NCBI RefSeq assembly: GCF_009914755.1
Contig: NC_060940.1
Length of the DNA: 64,000 bases
Reading direction: 5' to 3' (one strand)
Origin: the human T2T-CHM13v2.0 reference genome, Homo sapiens
Below are positions 56,001 through 64,000 of this stretch, piece by piece (within the stretch, counting starts at the first letter, position 1; each line of letters starts with the position of its first letter). The notes beneath the pieces were generated by a model. The model saw only the letters and a program-made list of their open reading frames with translations. It ran no database searches and was not told where the DNA came from. The translations under genes and the position numbers were made by a program.

Positions 56001-56351
56001 TGAAATTATATACACAATAAAATTTATGATAATGAACTTGACATTTTTAGATCTTAAAATACCCAGCTACATATACAATCTCTAAAACATTCTAAAATAA
56101 AATGTACATTAGAGAGTCCATCAGTGTAGATATTTTTATGTAGAAGCATTTGTTAATGTGAAACTCCCCCCAAAACACTGCAAATCAATGGAAGTAAAAA
56201 TAAAAAAAAGGAGTTTAACTAAAGGAGAGCATGAGGAAAACAACCATTAAGCATGGCAGCTGAACTATCCTGATGGCTACCAACCTGTTTTGTACCAATT
56301 ACGCCATAATGTGTATGACTTTGGCTAAGTTATTTCAAATTCCTAGACCTA

Positions 56352-56630
<279 letters not shown>

Positions 56631-56719
56631 GAGTTTTCTAGATATGGCCATAGCTGTTAAAAAGTTACTATTCCATTCCTGTAAAAATCTTTGTATTGAC
56701 ATTTTCTTTGTTTTTTTTC

Positions 56720-58500
56720 TTCAGTAAACAGTTAGAAATGGGATGCCTGCATCATATGGTAGGTGGCTGTTTACTTTTTAAGAAAGCACAACTACTTTTC
56801 ATATTATTTTACATGGCCACCAGTAGCATATACAGTTTCAGTTGTTCCACATACTTGCCAGCACTTGGTATGATTAGCTTTTTAAAAGTTAGCATTCCAC
56901 TGGGTATGAAATGGCACCGTGTTACAGTTTTAATTTATTTTTCCCTAATGATTAATAATATCAAACATCATTTCATAGGCTTCTTTGTCATTAATATATC
57001 TTCTTTGGTTGCGTTTATTCAAAATTTTAATTGGATTTTTGTCTATCTATAATTGAGTTGTATGAGCTATTTTTATATACTGGATTCAAGCACTTTCTAG
57101 AATAAATATTTTGCAGGTATTTTATCCCACATTATGGCTTGCATTTTCATGTTTTTAGCAGTGCTTTTCAAATAACTGAAGTTTTTCAATTTGAAGTCTA
57201 ATTTATGATTGTTACATTTTTCTTTTTCTTTTTTGCCTACTAATAAAATCTTTCCCTAAGCAAATGTCACTATGATTTTTTTCTCCCATGTTATCTTCTA
57301 GAAGTTTTACAGCATAGTATGAATGGCCAAGGTTCATATTTTTTCACATGGATATGCAATTGTTCTAGCACCATTTGTTGAAAAGTTTATCATTCCCTAT
57401 TAAAATTACCTTGGTATATTTGTTAAAATCAATGTACAATGTGTGCCTGGGTCTAGTTAATGTCTCCTTGTTCTATTTCTTTGATCATTATGCAGAGCTT
57501 TTCAATAATACAGACTGTTTAGATTGTTTTACTTCATAAATCTTGAAAGCAGGTAGTGTACATTCTCCAGCTTTGCTGTTCCTTTTCAAAACTGTGTTGG
57601 CTGTATCAGTTTTCTATTACTCTATGACAAATGGTCAAGTCCGTCGTGGCTTAAAATACTTGTTATTTAACATTTTCCTTAGATTAAGACTCTGAGCAGA
57701 GTGTGATTGAATTCACTGCTTAGGATCTCAAGGGTGAAATCAGGAGGTCTGCTGGGGCTCTGTTCTTATCTGAGGCTCAGGATCCCTTTCCAAGATCATC
57801 TAGGCTATTGGAAGAATTCCATCCCTTCTGACTGAAGAGCTAAAATCTCTGTTTTCTTGCTGGTTGTCTGGCCATGACTCATTGGCAGCTTCCAGAGGCT
57901 CCTGTCAGGTTCTTGCCACGTGGAGCTCTCTGGATCCACACACTCTCTTGCTTCAGATCTCATTCTGCAGGGAGAGTCTAGTTCCTTGGAAGGGCTCACC
58001 TGACGAGGTCAGGCCCACCTGGGATAATCTCTCTTGATTTACTCAAATTGAACCGGTATGGGACCTGAATCACACCTGCATAATCCCTAATATTTTCCCA
58101 TATAATAAGATATAATCCAAACTATGAAATCTGTTTTGGCTTGGATGATATCCAAGGGATTATCTAGAACAAGTCCACCAAGATGTGGAAATTTGGGGAA
58201 CCACCTTATAATTCTGCTCATCACAGCCATTCTATGTCCTTTCTATTTTCTTGTACATTTTAGAATCACCTTGTCCATTTCTTCAAAAAAATGTGTTGAG
58301 TATTTGAACTTTTGTTGAATCTATAGATCGATTTCAAGAGAAATGATTTGTTAAGAATATTGAGTCTTTGAATTCATTGGCATCTGGTAAGTCTCTGTTT
58401 ACATTTCTTTAATTTCTCTCAGTAATGTTTTAGTTTACACTGTAAAGTTCTCACATGTCCGTTGTCAAATTTATTTACATATTTTGATGCATTTGCCAAA
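56720..58500 (-). mobile_element. Old L1M ORF2/3' fragment, split by a MaLR LTR
   Basis: CAGTTTCAGTTGTTCCACATACTTGCCAGCACTTGGTA...GGATATGCAATTGTTCTAGCACCATTTGTTGAAAAG...; resumes ~58226 GCCATTCTATGTCC...TTTAGAATCACCTTGTCCATTTC. Confidence 0.8.
57602..58225 (-). mobile_element. MaLR solo LTR (MLT1D/E-like)
   Basis: TGTATCAGTTTTCTATTACTCTATGACAAA...GGGCTCACCTGACGAGGTCAGGCCCACCTGGGATAATCTCTCTTG...CTGCTCATCACA. Confidence 0.75.
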
Positions 58501-60717
58501 TTAACAAATATTTTTAATTGATTCATGAAGTGAAAAAGCATACACTTTTAGATGCACTGTGAATTCTGTAGAAGGATTAATACTACTCAGAACACAGGCA
58601 CATATAAGGAGGTTTAGGGATTGCTAAAGGCTATGAATGAACTGCCTGCGGTGAGCTAAAATTTAGGTCATTTTTTTTCCCCTGATGATCTAGCATGATT
58701 TTGTTTTTGTTATACTGACCATGATCGGAAAATATTGAAACCATATCTCTGAATGTTCATACATACCTAATTTTGCATGAAGTAACTGCTTTATTGTTTA
58801 ACATCGTGTCTGCTGAGTTGAACAATATTTATCTCAGGCATAGTACCCGATTTGACTTAGGGAGATTTTGTGTGTGTGTGTGTTATGTGTTGGTGTGTGC
58901 ATGTGTGTGTTCATGTTGATAAGGTGGTAGTAAATATTCCAAATCAAACTTGGCCTTATATAAAGAGCTACCGTTATTGGTAGAGTTGTCCTAAGACTGC
59001 TAGATGTACTACCTCAGATAGGATAATGCAATCTCATTAACCAAGATCTGTGTAGTTTCAAAGTAGAAAGAATTTAGCATGTCAGAAAAAGCAATGATAT
59101 TGGAGCAGGTAAAAATCCAGAGAGAAGTGACAGAGATCTAAACCATATAGACAGAGCTACAACCAAGACTACAGGTTCAGAGCTGAATCAAGAAGTACTA
59201 CTGTTAACAAGAGCTGATCCAATGTGGAAGTCTTCTGGATTACTCGAATGCTTTGCTAACTTAGGGTTGGGTTTCCAAAGTGCTTGAACCTGGGCAAAAA
59301 TTGTTATCCCAGTGGGAATATCAATAAAAATACATTAATGGAACAAAAAGAGTCATTTTTTTCTTTTCTTCCCTCATCAGTGTTATTGTATGTTTTGCAT
59401 TTTTGACACATTGACTCAGTACAAAAGGTAATTGGAGATGGTGGAAATAGAGCTGCCTAGGCTAAAGTACAGACAAAATAGCACTGGAATACCAAAGCTG
59501 AAATCAGTAGAAAACAAGGTCAGAATGATGAAAGCATTTAGGTAAAGAGAGAAACCTTAAAAACCTTTAAATCACAGCAAGGTTGGTGTGAGCCAGAAGA
59601 TAGATATCAGCCTAAGAGATTCTCAAAGCAAAATGAGGAAATGTAGCAGTTACAGTCCATAGTGCAAAAATCAGATATTCCAAGATCCACAGGAAAATTT
59701 CCTTCCTTTTTTCATTTGAAGTCTTAAAGTCATCCTCTGTTGTAATGAGGACTCTGTGGAGACCCAGACTGATCATTAGAAACATTTGGGTCTTCACACC
59801 TTGAACAAAATAAATGCAACCCTCACATCAGGTGTTCCTGAAACCATTTTTACTTTTTCATACACATTACAGTGACATGTCATTGTGCATTTTTGTTGGA
59901 ATTGACTAACACCAAAGAGGGCAATGCATTTTCTTGTGAGAGTTTTCATAATCTCCTGGTCTTGCTGTGTACTGCATGTTTATCATTAGTTGTTTGTTCC
60001 TGAACCTTACTTCGTCTAAACAAAAAAGCCTACCTCATGGGTTTATTATGAGAAGTAAATTTGAGAATGCCCATGACATTAGCATAAGCCATTGCCCATT
60101 TTGAGCACTCAGTATATTTCAATTATGCTCAATGGGGGCTTAATGGGCAAAATGTGGATTACGTCACTAAAAGCTCCTTTCCCTCTTAACCATCGAATAT
60201 ATGTGTTCTAATATGTTTCTGTGAATCATAAAATATTGCTTTTCTAGAATTTGGGAATTTTATACTTTTTAAATTAAATGAAGATCACATGATCTCAAAA
60301 GCACCCTTTTAATTTGTTTTCTTTTACCTTTCCTCTGGATAGTACTAATCTAAAGCAAATAAGCATGAACATTTTATACTGGTCTTCCTGAATTCAGGCT
60401 CTGTTTACCTACACATAGGTTTTAGTTGTTGCTGTTGCTCTTTAAGATTTTTTTTCTATAACTGAGTCTTTAGAATGGTTGGCAGGAGACATGCATTTGA
60501 GGTCTAAAATACTTTCAGTCCATCTGTGACCGTATTATGTGGTAATTTTTAAAATTTATTTTATTTTTTTAGAGCTACACAATAGGAAAATGGTAAATTT
60601 TGAAAATACAGTGGAACAGCACTGAAGTTGGATTTAAGATAATTAAATTTTAGATTCAAATATGCCATTAATTAGATTTCCCACATGACATCAACTTCAT
60701 TGGATTTGTTACCCTCT

Positions 60718-61100
60718 ATTACATTGAATTTGGCCCAAAGCTGCCTCTGTGTAGTAGTGAACTACAACCTAACTTAAAATGTAAACATGCTGAAACCTAA
60801 CTTGAGATTATATTCTTTTAACAAGTATCTGAATCTCAGCCAATCACAGCAGCCAAACTTTCAGCCAATCATAGGCTGCAAATTGCCAAACGTGTCCTAA
60901 TAAGACAAACTTCAAACTCTAACCAATCATTTTCCTATGTCACTTCTGTTTTCCAGCTATAAATATTCCCCGCCAACTTTGTGAAGGAAAGCTCTCTGAA
61001 ATGCTTTTTGTCCTGAGGGCTACCATGTTCATAAATCTTTTTGTTTCCTACTCATTTAAACTCAGGTAAATTTAATTTTTCAAAGGTTTTTCTTTTTAAA
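60718..61100 (+). mobile_element. ERV1 solo LTR (MER57/LTR54-like)
   Basis: TTTGGCCCAAAGCTGCCTC...AACCTAACTT repeats...CAGCCAATCACAGC...CTATAAATA...AAATTTAATTTTTCAAAGGTTTTTCTTTTTAA matches the recalled MER57-group LTR architecture. Confidence 0.75.
60840..60963 (+). promoter_or_regulatory. LTR U3 promoter elements: three CCAAT boxes and a TATA box
   Basis: CCAAT at 60840, 60865 and 60923; TATAAA at 60958-60963. Activity unknown. Confidence 0.45.
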
Positions 61101-61624
61101 ACCTCTAATGGATAGAAAAAAATACAACCAAAACCAAAAGTTTATAAAACTTCTATTTACAAATATACAGAGAAAGTCAATGAATTCACATTTTGCTGTC
61201 ACATAATTATTGTAAATATATAAATACCCATGTTCCCATAACCCCATCCACACAGACTTCTTTCTGTTTTTCTGGGAAGAAGCTAATCCTCAGTTTCACT
61301 CATCCACTGGCAATGAGGAATCCCTGAAATGTTATTACTGGTCGTTATTGATTGTGCAGTTATTTCATTTTTTAAAAAGTGGGTACCACTAGTGTGTTAT
61401 ATATTTTAAAAATGTTTTTAATAGTTAAATACAATATTGCTCTTTTTCTTAAGTGAAAAACAGATTTATATTTAGATTTCGGATTTTGAGCATGGTATTT
61501 GATTTTACTAAATGGAAACAAAAAGCTTTGGACTATCTTCATTTGACGAGGAGAAACAAGAAATACTCTTTCAATTCTGTAACAAGGTTGTAACGGGGTA
61601 AATTCTGGTTTTGTTTCCTTACAG

Positions 61625-61780
61625 GGATTTTTCAGAACATCTTCAATTCTTTGAAACCTTTGTATTCTAACCCTCATATTTGACAAAATGATGCATATAA
61701 ACTGTGTATTCAAAGAGACAGAGAGGGAGAGAGATCCTTCATGTCAGTTCCAGATTCCCCTCAGGAGCGAAAAGACAAAG
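61625..61780 (+). other. Candidate non-coding (lncRNA) internal exon, 156 nt
   Basis: Acceptor GGTTTTGTTTCCTTACAG|G and donor AAG|GTAAGA; stops in all three frames. Confidence 0.3.
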
Positions 61781-61897
61781 GTAAGAATCTCACTGAAGCT
61801 TTGTGGTAGTGTAAATTACGCAAGGGGAACACAAAACTAATTTATACCACTTTCCTTTTTTTTCTTTCCCTATATTGTTTGTAAGTTTAATCTGTGC

Positions 61898-62560
61898 AAT
61901 AGTCTCTCCTTATCCTTGGTTTTACTTTCTGAGGTTTCAATTACCTGTAATCAACTGTGATCTGAAAATGAAACCAGCCAGTTGTTTCATAAAATTGATA
62001 TTTATGGTTTCTTTGGAGTAAAACTAGAAATTGACCTTCCCAGTCTTAAAACTTGAGAAACTTACATTTGTCTTACTGAGTTCCTTTCTCAAGAAACCCA
62101 CCATCAGTCCTTCCAGAAAGTATCACACAACTGAATCTTACCAGATCACCACATCTGAACAGTGGGACGCTAGACCCCTCACCCATCATGATTGCCTAAC
62201 TGACCAGCTGCTGCCTGTTGACCACCTCCACTTCCTTACCTCTCCCTAATTTCTATTTTCCCATATATAGTTACATTTCTTTCTTGCTATATAACCCCCC
62301 AAGTTCAGCTAGTTGAGGAGCTGGATTTCAGACTGATCTCCCGTCTCCTCGGCGCAGCAGCTGAGTAAAGCCTTCTTCCCTGGCAATATGCATTGTCTCA
62401 GTGATTGGCTTTTTGCGTTGCAAGCACCAGAACCTAGACCAAAGCCCTGGTATTTCAATAACAAAGAAATTATATTTATATGGTTCAGTATAATCCTCAG
62501 TTTCAGTCATCTACTGAGGGTCTTGGACCCTATCCTCCATGGATAAGGGGGGTACTACTG
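61898..62560 (+). mobile_element. MER44-like (TcMar-Tigger) DNA transposon, split by an LTR
   Basis: Left end CAATAGTCTCTCCTTATCC...GGTTTCAATTACC; right end GGATAAGGGGGGTACTACTG followed by TA. Confidence 0.75.
61969..62463 (+). mobile_element. Solo LTR (LTR47-like) inserted in MER44
   Basis: TG...CA ends: TGAAACCAGCC...GAAATTGACCTTCCCAGTCTTAAAACTTGAGAAAC...CTATATAA...CTGAGTAAAGCCTTCTTCC...TTTCAATAACA. Confidence 0.7.
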
Positions 62561-64000
62561 TACTTTGCCTTTTTTTTCCCCCTGCCATGAAATACAGAAC
62601 TTTGTCAAATATAATTTTTTAAAGGAAAAGACACATCTTAAAGACTTTAAAAAAGTGGGAACATGTATTTGTCCTCTGTTCTAATATTGAACACCAAGTT
62701 GAGTATTCTGACTCAAATCTTTTTGGTTCTTCTTTCTTTAGAGGATGTCAATATTCTTTAAACTACAATAGACATTTCCAATACATGCAGTCTTTTTCTC
62801 CTAAGTATATATTAAAAAAAGAGATCCCAAAGAATTCTTTTTAATGCACTTCAACAATACAGTCTTTGTAGATAATAACAGTTCTGATGGCAACACGGTG
62901 TCTTTTATCTTCAAGAATTCTCAAATGAAATAAAAATACTTTTATTCATTTAAACATGTTTTATACAAGTTCATGTTATTTTTAAAATTTTTGCACCATG
63001 GAAAATATTTTTCTCTAAACAAGGATAAAGAGAAAAGTGTTATAGACACACTGAAAGGAGAAATTGAAAATATCATTTACATAATTAATTTTTAAAAAAG
63101 AAAACATAAGATGGTACTATTTACTTAAAATAATTTCATCTAAGAATTTTCATAATATTTTTCACCTAACCACTAATATATTAATTATAATTATTCTATA
63201 AAAACTCAAATGAAATTATTTAAAAATATAAAAGACAAAGTAAAAATATGTTTAGCATCACATGTGAATGTAAATGAATGGAATGCAATGATTTTTTCCA
63301 TTGATGTGCCAAGTTAGAGACTTAAAAATATTTATAAATCATAAACCAGTGAGTTTTTTCTGATTAAATAAAATATATAAAGGTTATCATACATGTTAAT
63401 TATTTTTATATACATAACTGTGATTTTAAATTGCTTGTAAGGCTATGATTATTATTATATCATTTAATTTTGTCAAGATTACATATATTCATGTAATCTT
63501 CACAAAGGTATTAATAAACTAAGTGCAAGAAAGCACAAAAATAATTTTATAATCTTCATATCCAAACATAAGTTTGATAAAACTAGGCTTATAATTTTTA
63601 TTTGCTATATTTTACATGTTTCTTATTTTGACACATATGAAACAGTGCTAATTTACTATTAAATAGCTGTTGAGAGTTTCTTTCTCGATATTATAAGAAA
63701 TCTTTATATCATTTAAATTATTTATAAGTATTTTTATTGGTCATTTATAATCTATAAGATGACAGGGCCGTAATTCAACTTATTCAATGATTATAAAATA
63801 TTTAGTATATTTTCTATTTTGACTATTATAGCTAGCACAATGATTATCATCTCTGTTCTTGCATCATTTTCTATATTTTTCATAATTATCATAATAAATT
63901 CAAGGTATTTCTCAGAAGAATGGCAAAAACAAAGTGAATGTAGAATTCTTCATTAATACTGCAATTTTTAGCCAATGCTTTTACTATCAAAAGTGATAAA

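Overview
AT-rich primate genomic DNA, almost certainly human because it carries a human-specific AluYb8. It looks intergenic or deep intronic and is dominated by transposon remnants. I found no intact cellular protein-coding exons, rRNA/tRNA genes or CRISPR arrays; nearly all ORFs in the track are L1/Alu fragments or chance ORFs. Main landmarks: (1) the 5' part of an old L1 (- strand, 1-~2870) with a short L1PB1-type 3' end nested in ORF1; (2) a young processed pseudogene of RPS27A (ubiquitin-S27a fusion; - strand, ~7233-7773, 10-bp TSD); (3) an AluYb8 with a perfect TSD (10142-10453); (4) a full-length but disabled L1PA7-like element with a 13-bp TSD (42609-49011); (5) many older Alu, MIR, L2, MaLR/ERVL/ERV1 LTR and DNA-transposon copies, several nested. 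The two most interesting hypotheses follow. First, a 1-bp deletion in the Arg74 codon of the retrocopy yields a 102-aa 'UBB+1-like' ubiquitin with no C-terminal Gly-Gly. Second, an ERV1 LTR near 60.7-61.1 kb (three CCAAT boxes, TATA, splice donor) may drive a spliced lncRNA into a 156-nt non-coding exon at 61625-61780. Neither can be shown to be expressed from sequence alone. Repeat subfamily names come from recalled consensus sequences and need RepeatMasker/Dfam confirmation; old-repeat boundaries are approximate.
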